Below are positions 1 through 12,642 of a DNA stretch of 64,000 nucleotides, one piece after another (positions within the stretch are counted from its first letter, which is position 1; each line of letters starts with the position of its first letter). This DNA comes from Camelus ferus (lineage: Eukaryota): contig NC_045697.1 of assembly GCF_009834535.1 (NCBI RefSeq), positions 105,278,001 through 105,342,000 on the forward strand, written 5' to 3'. The notes under the pieces were generated by a model. That model did no database searches and was not told the DNA's origin. It worked only from the letters and a program-made list of their open reading frames with translations. Made by a program: the position numbers and the translations under genes.

Positions 1-674
1 GTAGGTATGATCAAAGCTTCCCTGTAGATGGACTAGATTTTACTGTCAACTCTGCCACTGCGGATGGCTCATTCTGATGAAAGAAAGAGGAGGTGCCACC
101 CTTCCCCTCTCAGCTAACAGGGTCGAGGAAGTCAGCAGCAGCAATTAACCTTCAGCCCAGTGCGCCCAAGAGCTGCAGCGATCAGGCAGGCCTGGCTTCG
201 TCTTGCTGAACTTCCAGTGAGTTAGCATTTAAGAACTGATGCTGCCCCTCTTGCTCTTACTAGGTTTTGGTTCTTTCTTTCTCTAAGACGCACAGTTTCC
301 AAGCCTGGAGAAAAGAAGAGCTACTGAAAATGCTGAGTAAGTAAAACATTTCTAAGTGGCTTTTAAAATTAATTATTTCTAAGTCTTCACTACTCAATAT
401 CATATGGTATTCTGTTTCACTTAAAAATTTTGCACTTTTTTTTTTACGCCAAAGATTTAGATTTCAAATAAACTGAATAAGGTGAGGAAAGCCTGCGTGT
501 GCTGTATCACTACGAGTAACTCCAAATTTGGCTTTTAGAACCATAAGAAGCAAAGGTTACAGTGAATACCAAATAAAGCTCTTCCCAAAGAGTCAAGCTT
601 TGTGACACATGCAAGGAGCCATCAAGAGCAATAAAGAAGCCTGCAGTGCAAGTTAGCAAAGGGGAATTTTCTTG

Positions 675-1453
675 TTTTTTTAGTTGAAGTATAGTTGATG
701 TGCAATACTGTGTTAGTTTCAGGTGACGGCAAAGTGATTCTGTTTTTTATAGACATACACATATGTATATACATTTCAGATTCTTTTCCATTATAGGTTA
801 TTATAAAATACTGAATATTGTTCCCTGTTCTGTACAGCAAATCCTTCTTACTTACCTATTTCATGTCTAGTAGTTTGTCAATCCCATACTCCTAACTTAT
901 CCCTTCCCCTCCCTTTTCCCTTTGGTAACAATAAGTTTGTTTTCTGTGTCTGTGAGTCTGTTCCTGTTTTATACATAGATTCATTTGTCTTATTTGTTAG
1001 ATTCCACTTATAAGTGATATCATCTATTTGTCTTTGTCTGACTTACTTCACTTAGTATGATAATCTCTAGGTCCATCCATGTTGTTGCAAATGGCATTAT
1101 TTCATTCTTTTTCATGGCTGAGTAGTATTCCTCTGTGTGTGTGTGTGTGTGTGTGTGTGTCTGTGTGTGTAATATATCACACCACATCTTCTTTATCCAG
1201 TCATCTATCAATGGACATTCAGGTTGCTTCCATGTCTCGGCTAATGTAAATAGTGCTGCTATGAACACTGGGGTGCATGTATCATTTCAAATTCGAGTTT
1301 TCATTTTTCCCTTTTCCGGATATATGCACAGAAGTGGGACTGCTGGGTCATCTGATAACTCTTTTAGTTTTTTAAGGAACTCCCCCATACTGTTTGCCAT
1401 AGTGGCTACACCAAATTTTATTCCCACCAACAGTATAGCAGGGTTCCCTTTTC
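675..1453 (-). mobile_element. 5'-truncated LINE-1 (ORF2 C-terminus plus 3'UTR), cetartiodactyl type, with internal (TG)n
   Basis: Poly-T tail followed by TTGAAGTATAGTTGAT. ORF 1020-1268 translates to the L1 ORF2 C-terminus (MFIAALFT..WKQPECP..WIKKMW..MPFATTWMDLEIIILSEVSQT). Confidence 0.95.
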
Positions 1454-2773
1454 AAAGTTTCAATGAACCAGAGAAATCACAGCTGAGAAAGTGGGTAGAG
1501 GGAAAGGCTCATAAGGAAATATTGTATCATTTCTTTAACGTCATGGCTACGTAAGAGCACCAACCAGTGAGAGACTGAACAATTAAAAGCACATTAGAAA
1601 ATTCTCCACTAGGTGCTCCATATGTGTACTGTGATAGGTATCACGTGGCACAAAGTAAAACAACTCCAAAAATACACCTGTGTTTCATACTTGACGAGGC
1701 ACTGGTTGTTGATCTATAATAAGCCCCTTATGAGCTAAGCTATGCTTTCACTATAATCCTTCCCCACATATCTGAACCTGCTGTGGGATTTTTTTAAACT
1801 GTGATTAGCAGTGACTAAAACTTCTAATCCCCCGCTATATACCTTTATTATTAACACATACAATTATCATGCTGTAGCATTAAAGAACTGTGAAAAACCT
1901 CATCTTATCTAAATCTCACCATTTAACAGCAAATGACAGTAAGATTTCCACAAACTGTTTCGGTCATTTTGTTATTTTTACTGTAAATTACTTCTGCTAT
2001 AAGGTTAACTGACATCTTTTAAAGGCTCCGAGAAACTTCAAAGTGCTTGGAATGAATCCATCACTAATGCAACTGCTTCAGGTACAAAGTAATCTTTCTT
2101 TAGTTTACTAAAGACAAGGGCAGATTTTTAGCTCATTCCTGGAATGAAAAATAGAGCCCATTTTGGAGATTAATATGGTAGTCTGATACTGAAATGGAGT
2201 TCCTCTGACTCCGTGGTAATTATTAAATCAAATATCATGGCTCGTTCCCTAATCAAACTTAGGAACGAATACTAAGCAGCCCAAAGTCTGGAAATCGTAC
2301 AGCAGACATCCATCCACCGCCCCGAAACCTGCAGGACCTGAGGCCCAACTAACAGCACTCTGCTCTTTTCTGTCATGCTAAGTGCTTATCCCCACACCTT
2401 TCTTCCACTCCCTCAGTCCTTTTTATTATATCTCCAGGTCAATTCTTTCACCTCCATCAGTTTCTGTGTCACTGAATGACAACTGCTAAGTAACAAAGGA
2501 GTTTAAACCCTTTACCTTGGACCAAACTCATGCTCTGTGCATCTCTCTGATTCAAGTGCCAAGGCGGTAGGAGGGCGTCCAGGGGACGGAGGAGGGAGTC
2601 CTGGCTGCCTTCTCCCCACCGATCCCTACCCCGTCAGGCAATGCTTTTTGGTCACCAGGATCTTTACCAGATTTGTTCTTTTTAATTCTCAAGGTTTGGG
2701 GTGGAGTTGGACTGTATGAAGCCGGGACTGCTCACTGTGCTTGGAGACGATGTCAACCCAAGCATTTAGAAAC

Positions 2774-3248
2774 TGTAACCGAGCAGGACCCTGTGGAGAC
2801 TTCCAGGGACAGACCCCTCCCCCACACCCTCTGCTGCAGCTCCTCTCTGAAGCACCCAGATAATAGTATCTCATGTATATTTCCTGAGTTTTTAAGATGC
2901 TAAAAACCATCACCAAAAGGAAGAAATTAACTATTTGGTGATCGAGAGCACGTGGCCCCCAGACCTTCTGGCGCCCAGGGGTTGATAGTGTTGACCACCC
3001 TGTTCCCTCCACATCAACCAATCAGAGGATTGTGCACGAGCTGATCACATACCTGCGACCTGCCTCCCTCACCTGGACTTTAAATAAGCTTTGCTGAAAC
3101 CCTTCTGGGAGTTCGGGGTTTTCTTGGGCATGGGCCACCCCATCCTTCTTGCTCAGCCTTGTAATTAACCTTTCTCTGCTCAAACTCTGATGTTTCAGTT
3201 TGTTTGGCCTCATGGTGTGGCGGGCATGTGAACTTGCCTCCAGTAACA
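2774..3248 (+). mobile_element. ERV1-class solo LTR (resembles cetartiodactyl MER41-like LTRs)
   Basis: TGTAAC...GTAACA termini, 475 bp long. Degenerate 4-bp flanks AAAC/AAGC. CCAAT at 3018, TATA-like TTTAAATA at 3079, degenerate polyA signal near 3163. Confidence 0.8.
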
Positions 3249-4009
3249 AAGCTAGGACTAAAACTTCCTATAAATGAGAAAACTCCCCCAAAGTAGCACT
3301 TTAAAGACATCTATGAGAAAAGTTAAAGTCAGATTAGAGAGCGAAAGTCACTGAGGGATATAAACCCATGCACACACAACACATACTCCAAAAAAAAAAA
3401 AAAAAAAAAACCAGTAAAAACAAAAGCAAATGTAACAATTAAGTACTAGTCTTCTCCTTCTGAGCTCAGGACATTTTGAAGTTTTTGAATTTGTGGGTTA
3501 AATTACGATTTCTCCATAAAAAGCCAGGCTGCAGAGTGGCATCTGGTTCAGCTATAAAAATTCCAAGGCTGGTGGCATTCTTGTTTGCTGAGCCTCAGGA
3601 ATGATAAGCAGGACTAAAGTTGTTGACAATTCCTGATATAGCTTTAAATTGGTTGGTGAATGCCAACTAAGGCATAAGCTTTATCTTGGGAAAGGACAAT
3701 AGACCCACATTTTATTTAAAACTTCACAAAGAATAGTTCCAAAGCCTTTATTCTTTTTCCTAGGATTGACTTTACTCCAACCAGGAAAAGAAACTTCCAT
3801 CCAACTTCTCTCTTAAAGTAACAGGCTATGTGCAGGTTGAGATCTTCAGAAATATTAATAACTAGAGTTTTCAAACTTGCTGAAAATACTCAAACACGTT
3901 CCTTAAATTAAGTTCAGTTAAAATATCACAATTACATATAATATAGTGCAACTTTGGTATTATAAGCCACGGCAAAGCTGATAACTCAAGCAATCTAAAC
4001 AACACAGAG

Positions 4010-4220
4010 ACAGTATGGCTGGAAAAAGCATGGGCGTTAAAGCCAGACACCAGGATTGGAGGTCAGACTCCACTGGGAGCTACGAAGACTTGGCAAGTTA
4101 CTCGACCCCTGTAATTTATAAAATGGAGACATCTCTCTGTCCTCAATGTGGTAACGTACCTGACAGCCCCTACTGCGGCGCTCGGCACTTCGTCAGCGCC
4201 TGACACACGTCAGGTGCTCT
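4010..4220 (+). mobile_element. MIR SINE relic
   Basis: Diverged MIR core: GACTTGGCAAGTTACT...TAAAATGGAGA. Confidence 0.6.
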
Positions 4221-5444
4221 TAGCAGAGAGTCCGCACCTGCAACACCTTCGAAGCCCAGATTTTTTCTCTGCTCCTCAGTGACTAGTGTGAGGTCCACAT
4301 GGCTACTCTTGCTCAACATGGTTAACGTTATTAAGAGGTTTAGAAATTCTAAACCTAGATGATGCAATCTGAATTCTCTTGAGGACGAACTGGGATAATG
4401 CACATGATCAAGATTTGCTTCTCTGCTGGATTTGCATCTGACTCAAAGGGTGGAAAGAGAATGGTTAACCCACTAAGCTATCTGTTCTTTAACATTATTC
4501 CAAGGCCATATAGGATTAGCAATTCTGCTAGTTAACTTTCCACTGATTAGCCAAGGATTAAAGCCAAACAAATTCAAGTTGGTTTTCAGATGCACAAAAT
4601 TAAAGACTGAGAAAACTTGGTGTTTTCAAAGCATGTACCCATGAGGGATTTCCTTTTGATTTTAATTGTTCTTTCCAAAACTTTTAAACATTCAGTGAAA
4701 TAATCTCAATTTGCTTTGTTCTTTGCTTTCAAATACTGTAAGTGGCCAGATTCCAGATAGAGTAGTTATCCTCAAATGCCTTCCAATGAGGCCTGCCAGA
4801 TTCTGTGGTTCAGAAGTAATTTAAAAGCAGAAATGTGTAACAAATGAGACCTAACGGAAAACACTGGATGCTTTTTAGTTAGAAAGATCACTTTTTCCCC
4901 CTCCTGTGAAAAAAATACATACACACACATACGAACACATACACACAGACATGTCAACAAGACAGAAAATAAATTGACATTTCATTTCTCTTCATTGCAG
5001 GCACCTGAAAGAGTAATATATATGTACATTTCATATATATATAAAATATAGAGAGAGAGTTCTGTTTTTCAATGTAAAATACAATTCACAATTCATAATG
5101 CAAATATTAACCAAACTCAACAGCAACACTCAAGTCAAAACAGAATATTTAGGATAATATAAATTTTATTCTTTGGGGGGTGGGTATAATGCTTTAAAGT
5201 TTACAAACCACTTTCCTTCCTAAGACAAATTCTTCCTCTACATAACGAAACAGCTTTTTAACAATGACTTGTTCAAAGGAAGAAATGCCCATGTAGTTAG
5301 GCGGTTTCCATCACTCGTATTCAAGCAGAGACTGAGATGTTCCAATGGTAAATCACATACGGGGTGAAGGTTAATTAAATCTGGACACCAGTGCTCTCCT
5401 TCTTGGATTTGTTCACTCATTCACCCACCCTTTCAAATATTTTC

Positions 5445-5765
5445 ATTTTTGAATTTACTGAAGTACAGTTGACTTACAGTATGATACTAGCGTCAGGTAT
5501 ACAACACAGTGACATGGTATTTTATAAGCTGCACAAAGTTATTGTAAAATATATAGACACAAAGTTATTACAGAAGGCTGACTCTATTCCCTGTACTGTA
5601 TATTACATTCCTGTGACTTAATTTATTTTATAACTAGTACTTTCTATCTCTTAATTCCCTTCACCTATGTCATCCCATCTCCCACACCTCTCTCTTCTCC
5701 AGTAACCACTAGTTTGTTCTCTGTATCTGTCAGTCTCTGTTTTGTTATATTTGTTCATTTGTTTC
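5445..5765 (-). mobile_element. LINE-1 3'UTR fragment
   Basis: TGAAGTACAGTTGACTTACA..CAGGTATACAACACAGTGA..GTAACCACTAGTTTGTTCTCTGTATCTG. Confidence 0.85.
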
Positions 5766-6577
5766 ATGAAGTGCTCACTGAATGCCAGGTATCTTACTAC
5801 ACGCTACACATACAGCAGAGCAACGGCAGACCTAGTCCCTAGACCTTTCCTGGAGCTTAGAGTCCAGTCGGGAAGATGAAACACAAGAATTTATAAACAA
5901 CCTAAGAGCCATGGGGATGTTAATGAGAGACTGAGGCCTGAGGCAGGGAAAGACTTCTCCACCAAATCCGTCTGAAGGAGAAATTAAAGTTAATTACATA
6001 AGAGGATCTGGATGGCTGAGGTGGAGGCAGAGGGGCATGAAGCCTGGAAAGGAAGGCAGGAAGCGACCTTGATGGACACAATAAAAATGCTTGGATTTGA
6101 TTCCAAGGGCAAGGGAAACTACCGAAAGATCTGAAACTGTGGAGGGACCATTGGAATCATGTGGGAACTGTGGGAAACACTGTCATGGCCAGAGGGGCAG
6201 CAGGAGGACCAGACAGGAGGCTATTACTCAAGCCCAGACAGGAAATGATGGTTACGTGGTCCAAGCCACCGGTGATGATGATGAAGAGCAAATAGACTCA
6301 AAGACGTCTGGTTGTCACAGACGGCAGGATTAGATGGGTGGCTGAAGGCGAGAGCAGTGTCAAAGAAGATGCATGAGATTCTGAGGTGGGTGACTTGGTA
6401 GAAGAAGGTGTCTTCATGGACATGAACATGGGAGGCAGAGCAGTGGCGGGGTGAGGAAGGGCAGATGGCAGGCTGAGTCCAATGTGTTTCCTAAGCAACT
6501 GGTTAATGGGTTTAGAGCCCAGTGAAAGCTGTGGGCTAAAGATGAGGATTTGGCATTTGTGAGCACACAGACCTGCA

Positions 6578-6996
6578 GGGTCCAGCATGGCAGCCACTAC
6601 CCACAAGTGTCTAAGGAGCACCTGGGAGACGGCGAGGCCGAACTGAGATGTGGGCTATTTAAAATCCATGCTAGATTTCCAAGAAATCTATATGAAAAAG
6701 GAATGCAGGGTATCATTAATAATTATTGTGTGGCTAATACGTTGAAATAATTTTTTTAATTTTATTTTTTAATTGAAGTGTAGCTGATTCACAATGCTCA
6801 TTTCAGGTGTACAGCAAAGCAATTCAGTTATATACACAGACATACATACATATATCTGAATTTTTGATCAGTTTAAAGAAAACATTATTAACATGGATTT
6901 TTTTCTGTTTCTTTTCACTTCGATAGCGTGACTACTAGCAAATGCAAAGTTACATGTGAGGTTCCCGTTGTGATTTACATTTCCATGGGCAGCACT
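6578..6996. mobile_element. MER33-like hAT-Charlie non-autonomous DNA transposon
   Basis: ATGGCAGCCACTA..AACTGAGATGTG..GACTACTAGCAAATGCAAAGTTACATGTG..GGGCAGCACTG end; split by a short L1 tail. Confidence 0.65.
6752..6860 (-). mobile_element. Very short LINE-1 3' tail inside MER33
   Basis: Poly-T followed by TTGAAGTGTAGCTGATT..TTTCAGGTGTACAGCAAAG. Confidence 0.8.
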
Positions 6997-9322
6997 GATA
7001 CAGACAATAAGTAACAAGTTTGAGAAAGTAAAGAAGGGCATGAGTGAGAGTTTGGTCTCTGATGAAGCTGCAGGTCTCAACACACGTGGGATGGGTGTGA
7101 TGAGGATTCAGCTAGAAAAGCTGGCTAACGTGGTGTCCCAGGAGACAAGAAATGCATAGGTGGTGAGTGGATGACAGGGTCAGAATCTGCCAGGCAGTCA
7201 AGTAAGAAAACGGACTGAAAAGCACACTTAAGCTAGAAGAATAAAAGGTTTCTAAAATGGCCATTTATCAATTAATCACTGTAATTATTTTTCCTGCATT
7301 TTATGTTGACTTGACTACTAATTTCCAGATTCTTCTTACATTGCCTTCCAATTGGCATATTATTTTAGACTTTAAAGTTTTTCACCTTTTATGAGTCCAT
7401 GCTTCTCATCCCATTCCCTAAATGCCTACTTAATACTATTTGGAATTCCAAATAGATATCACGACTGAAAACAAATTTAAAAATAGAAAAAACATCTCCA
7501 CTGCTTCCAAGCTACACCTCCTCTCACCCCTTTATCCCGACACAGCCTCTCCTGGGTCGAGCCTGCTCACCACTCTAAAACCGCTGACTCAGATCATCCA
7601 TAAAACTTCTTTCAGTTCTAAAATGATACACATCTATTCTTAATTTCCCCATGATTCTTCATTCCCTTCTCAATAAAACCACTGTTCTTCCAAGATATGC
7701 TGGCCTCACTAAATGCACCCACTGTGAGTAAAATCAACATTTGCACCTTTTTTCCCTATTAACTTTCCCAAAGTATTTATTCCACAATTGTTTCTTGAGC
7801 GCCTACTGTGTGTTCCAGTGGGGACACAGCAGTGAACAAAATGAAGTCCCTGCCTTTACTGAGCTTACGATCTAAAGTGTAACAGGATTGTACCTAAATC
7901 AAGGATTTATATCTTCAGCACCTAGAGAGAGATACCTGGAACATATTGAAAATATTAGTTAAGTGAACGAAAGTAAACTTCCCAGATTCAGAAAATTTAT
8001 TCACATGTAAGCCCAAACTTGAGTTTTTCCCATTCAAAGGAAACTCTGACCATTCTTGTACAGGGCAGAGTAGATGTCACTGTACTTTTCTGGGCTCACA
8101 AATATGGACTGCACAGGGATGCCACTGGGGAGCTAATGAGGTCTGTAGGGTCGTTTGCCTGGGTAACAGATCGCTCCTTAATTGCTGTGCTAAGTGCCTA
8201 CACGGGTTTTAATGTCTTGTTCCACCACTTTCAACACGTTTGTTCTCATCCCCTAATTTGCTGCTTGCGATATATGATAATCCAAGAAACCTGATAGGTG
8301 TTTGTTATCTTGATCTTATCAAAAGAGCATGGATTTTAGTGCAGAGATTTTGGTGTATCTATTTTAACTACTAGAATGACTTTTTTCCCTTCTTCCTGAC
8401 TTTTCAACCCTCATCACACCTTAAGATCAACTTGTTTCCTGATTTTTGCTGCATTCAAAGCAAGAGCACCAAATGCCAGGAAAACAACCAGAAAGAAAAC
8501 AGAATAACTGAATGTGTACTGAGTTAATTTACCCGTTTAATTACATCAAAGTGGCAATAATTTTGAAAAGCCTGAAGGGGATGCTTCCCTTACTAACCTG
8601 GAATCTGACTTGGATAAAACAATAAATTCAGGATGCGTCACCTTTCAGTGTAGAAAATTCCATTACATACTATACAAAGTAAGCCCTCATATTTCCAGTA
8701 TTAAAAAAAAAAAAAAGTGGTCTTTCTCACAAGGGTCTTCCCTTTTTACTGATTACTTTGTTTGGCTGTCTCTACAGTTTTTTCACTATGTCTCTCTTGT
8801 ACTATAACTTGAGTCTGAGATACAGCAACTGTCCAGGGAGAGCTCATGGTTTTGCCAGTTGGAACGGTTGTCAAGGTCAGCTAGAGAACAAGTTGAAAAG
8901 AACAGAAATTAAACTCAGAGAAGGAAACATGTCACAAATGTCTATCATCTTCTTTACTGGTCGTCCCATAAGGGTCCCGACAAAAAGAGGGATCACAACT
9001 GCTTCCTGGTCTGAAGGCTGAGCAAACCTTTATAATGAGAATTAGCTCCCTTGGATGAAGGCTCCGTTGGTTGCCTGGATAAACAGTTCATAATGACCAC
9101 TTTCCTTAGTGTTTACAACACTTTTGATTTTCCGTCGTCGATGTTAAATGTACGACATGCAATATCCTAGTTAATTTCATGACTTCCATTTCCCATTAGA
9201 CAATTTTTCATTATTTGCTAAGTTTCTTTGAGTCCCCAGAAAAGTACAGTGACATCTACTCTGCCCTGTACAAGAAGGGTCAGAGTTTCCTTTGAATGGG
9301 AAAAACTAAAGTTTGGGCTTAC

Positions 9323-9403
9323 ATGTGAAAGAAAGGCTTGTGGTGTGTATTGTTGGTATCAAATAACACTGCAGCATACTGCTCCCAAGGCAACGTTATG
9401 AGG
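9323..9403 (-). other. Candidate 81-nt internal exon (phase 2, LITLPWEQYAAVLFDTNNTHHKPFFH); host gene unidentified
   Basis: Long pyrimidine tract ending ttttccctcag, donor CAT|gtaagc. Length is 3n and only one of three frames is open. Confidence 0.3.
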
Positions 9404-9669
9404 CTGAGGGAAAACATTTGGAGGAAGAAGAAAAGATATATAAACATAAAATTGAGGAAATATGCAAACAAGGGCCCTATTATACAAGTGGCAAAACAAA
9501 CCAACTGGCCCCAAATTACAATATAGTTTTCTTTCCTGAGAGACAAGTACCTTATTATAAATAAAACCGAGAAACATTTACTTCTTGCTTAGGATGTGAG
9601 CTACTATTGTGCCAGACGCTCCAGGTTCACCGTCTCCTCGTTCCTCACTAACTCCATACACCAGGCAAT

Positions 9670-9775
9670 CGGGCACTGTGCCCATTTTATAGAGAAGAAC
9701 ACTGAGGCTGGGAAAGGTTAAACTGCCCAAGAAATACAACTGCAAAGTACAGAAGGCCTGTTTGACTCCAAAGCT
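9670..9775 (-). mobile_element. MIR SINE relic
   Basis: CCCATTTTATAGAG..ACTGAGGCTGGGAAAGGTTAAACTGCCCAAG. Confidence 0.65.
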
Positions 9776-10129
9776 GGTGCCCTCGTATTGTGATCCTTCT
9801 AAAATCACCTGTGCCCTCAACTTCCACTGCTGCATATGGGAATTTCCAAGAAATTTCAGGTGGTGGGATTGAAACCCTGTCTTCATATTCATAACACATA
9901 AAACTTTTAATTGCTATATATTTGGACAGAGAAGACCAACTACACACCCTTTGCTTAACTATTCAAATGACTATTACTAATACATTAATGGAAAAAGCTC
10001 AAAGATTTAGAAGTCTCTCTAAAAAACTGATTTTTACATTTTTTAAACTCAGTTTCCAAATTACACCCTCGTTAAGGCCATGCTATTTTCTCAGACTACT
10101 GGGCTGGTCTCCTGATTCCTTCAATTTTT

Positions 10130-10375
10130 TTTTTTTTTAACATAGCCACCAGACTAAAAAAAAAAAAATCTAAAACACAAGTTCAAAACTGCCTCCGTTC
10201 TGCTTAAAAGCCTTCAATGGTCCCCACCATCTACAGAGCACACTCCAATCTCCTTGGCAGGGGACATAGGGCACTCAGTGGCTGGCACTCATCCCTCACC
10301 GGTCTTAAGATGACTGTGAGCTCAAGGGCAAGAAAAAAGCTTTATTAGTTCAATAAATGTTTACTGACATGAATT
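10130..10375 (+). mobile_element. LINE-2 3' relic
   Basis: CTGCTTAAAAGCCTTCAATGGTCCCC..GACTGTGAGCTC..TCAATAAATGTTTACTGA. Confidence 0.55.
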
Positions 10376-11074
10376 AAATTAACAGCCTTAAATATGGCAC
10401 AAAATAGTCTCTTATTTTTATTTATCTCCTTTTATTGTTCTTTTTCTTGTCTTATTCTTTTTTCCAATCCTGAGATAAAAAAACCATATTATCTCCATCT
10501 CTGAATGCCAAAGTAGCTGGCGGGCTACAGTAGGTGCTCGATTAAAAAAAATAATTGATTATAAACACAGAACCCTTACCAGATTCATTTATTTTATTTT
10601 ATTTTTTTTCCATTAACATTTAAAAAGTACTGCATAGGAGATCCAAGCCTTCTGTTTTAACAGCAATTTCACGTTTGAGGCCAACTTGTCTTTTCTAATA
10701 TGTAACCTCTGCCAGTTTCTTCTCACTGGTCAGGACCATCTACCACCTCCCTGTCAGTGGACGCCCTGCCCTCCCCTCTCTCTGCAGCGGCACAGGGACA
10801 AGAGCCCCGCACAGCCCACTCCTTAGTGACCTGCCCGCAAAGCTTTCAGCCACCTGAGGGCATCCCAGAGCAGCTGACAGGTGATCAGCAGATGCTTGTT
10901 GAGTAAATGAGTGAACAAAAGCAAATAAACTGACTCATTGTGATCAACTCTGAGTCCAGATTTCCTCCATCATAAAAGGGTGATAAAGGCCTAATCTAAA
11001 AGGTGACATTAGATATTGTTGGTGATATTACTTACTGCCCCACAGAGGGGCATTCTCAAAATTCAGCCGCTGCT

Positions 11075-11415
11075 TTTGTTTTTAAATTGAGATATAACAG
11101 ACATAACTTTGGATTCGTTTGTGTGTAACACAATCATTTGATATATGTGAATGTTGCAAAACAATTGTCAAAATTAAGTTTAGTTATATCCATCTCCACA
11201 TGCAGTTACAAGAATTATTTTTTCTTGTATTGAGAACCTTTATCTACTCTCTTAGCAGCTTTCAAATATGTATTTAGTATTGTGAACTATAGTCACCATG
11301 CTGTATATTACATCCCCAGGACTGATAATTGAATGTTGGCACCTTTTGACCACCTTTGCCTATTTCAGCCACCCTCCCACCTCTGCTCACCGACAATATG
11401 TTCTCTGTATCAGTC
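11075..11415 (-). mobile_element. Older LINE-1 3'UTR (L1MA9/10-like)
   Basis: TTGAGATATAA..ATCTACTCTCTTAGCAGCTTTCAAAT..ACTATAGTCACCATGCTGTATATTACATCCCCAG. Confidence 0.8.
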
Positions 11416-12596
11416 TCCATTCTGATTTTAAAGCCTTGGCTGATGCAGCACCATAAAGTATGTTTCTTTAGTATCCTAAACTCGGGGTGGCCACGAGGGT
11501 GCATAATCCGTGGCTGAAAAAGAAAGGAATTCTGGAATTCTTATTCTTATTAAATAACCAATGGAAATTTAAGTAATTTATTCTTTCTGAGTTGCTGGAG
11601 GGAGGAGGGCTGAGAGAGAGAGATCAGATCTGTTCCTTAAACCCTGAGAATCGATTTTGCAACACTGGTCCTGGGACAACAGAGTCCTACCCATTTTCCA
11701 GCAATAAAATATTGGAAAATATTTTTCTGGGTTTCTCTCTCAGTTTTTGGAAGTCATCTTGAGAAAAGGTGGTTTGTAGGGTAACACTTAGAGGGCATTG
11801 CTTTATACTTTTTTTTGAGGTCACACAAGAGTATTTGTTTTCTCTTTTCTGTGTTAATTAAAATAATAAATCTTAACCCACATAGAACTATGACAATGCA
11901 CATCCTTACTCATCCGGCCAAAATGCTGCTTGGCATCTTTGAGGTTCTATTCAGCCGGAGGTGCCACAACACGGTGACTCACATCGGCCACTGCTCAGAT
12001 GGAATTAAAAGGCCTGTCCCAAAGTCACATGGCAGACTGTCCCCTCCCAGCATCTGCAGGCCATCAGGGAAGGATGGGAAATCATGGCCACTGATCTTTA
12101 GTGATCTTATTCCTAAAATCCATCTGCGACAAGCTTCCTCCACAATGAACCCAGCAGAGAGCAAACTAAAGACTACTCTTCCTATTTTAAAAATCCTCTC
12201 TTACTCAGTGTTTTGGAAACACCAAACAAGTATGGATATAAAGATAATGTGAATGCTAAACGCAAAGCAAACCCCTGAAAATAAAGATGCTTATAAAAAC
12301 ATTTAAAAACAGAGAGCAGCTAACAAGTTACTTAACACATTTTCTGAAATAATGTAAAATATAAAGTCAAACGATGAATGAATAAACATTAATGAGAACA
12401 CCAGAGATGACAAAGTGGATTCTGAGACTTAAAGAAACTCCTTAAAAACAGTTTGTTTAGATTACAGTTTGCAAAAAAGCACTCACTGTAGGGCAATGGA
12501 TCAGTTTTTACAAAACCAGAAAGATCTTTCCTGCCCAAACAAGCAGAATCAGTCTCAAAATGCTCCAAAGATATAATTAAACCACATAGCATATTT

Positions 12597-12604
<8 letters not shown>

Positions 12605-12638
<34 letters not shown>
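12605..12638 (+). repeat. (TG)n microsatellite
   Basis: Perfect TG run of about 17 units. Confidence 0.95.

Positions 12639-12642
<4 letters not shown>

Larger units (their letters stand above)
5410..7250 (-). mobile_element. LINE-2 relic, interrupted by L1 and MER33 insertions
   Basis: L2 3'-end motifs (TTCACTCATTCA, CTGGAGCTTAGAGTCCAG) and a purine-rich L2 body that resumes after about 7000. Confidence 0.65.

Noticed and set aside
2516..2773. GC-richer exon-like segment ending CAAG|gtaaag on the minus strand
   Set aside because: Stops in all frames across its length and no clear acceptor.
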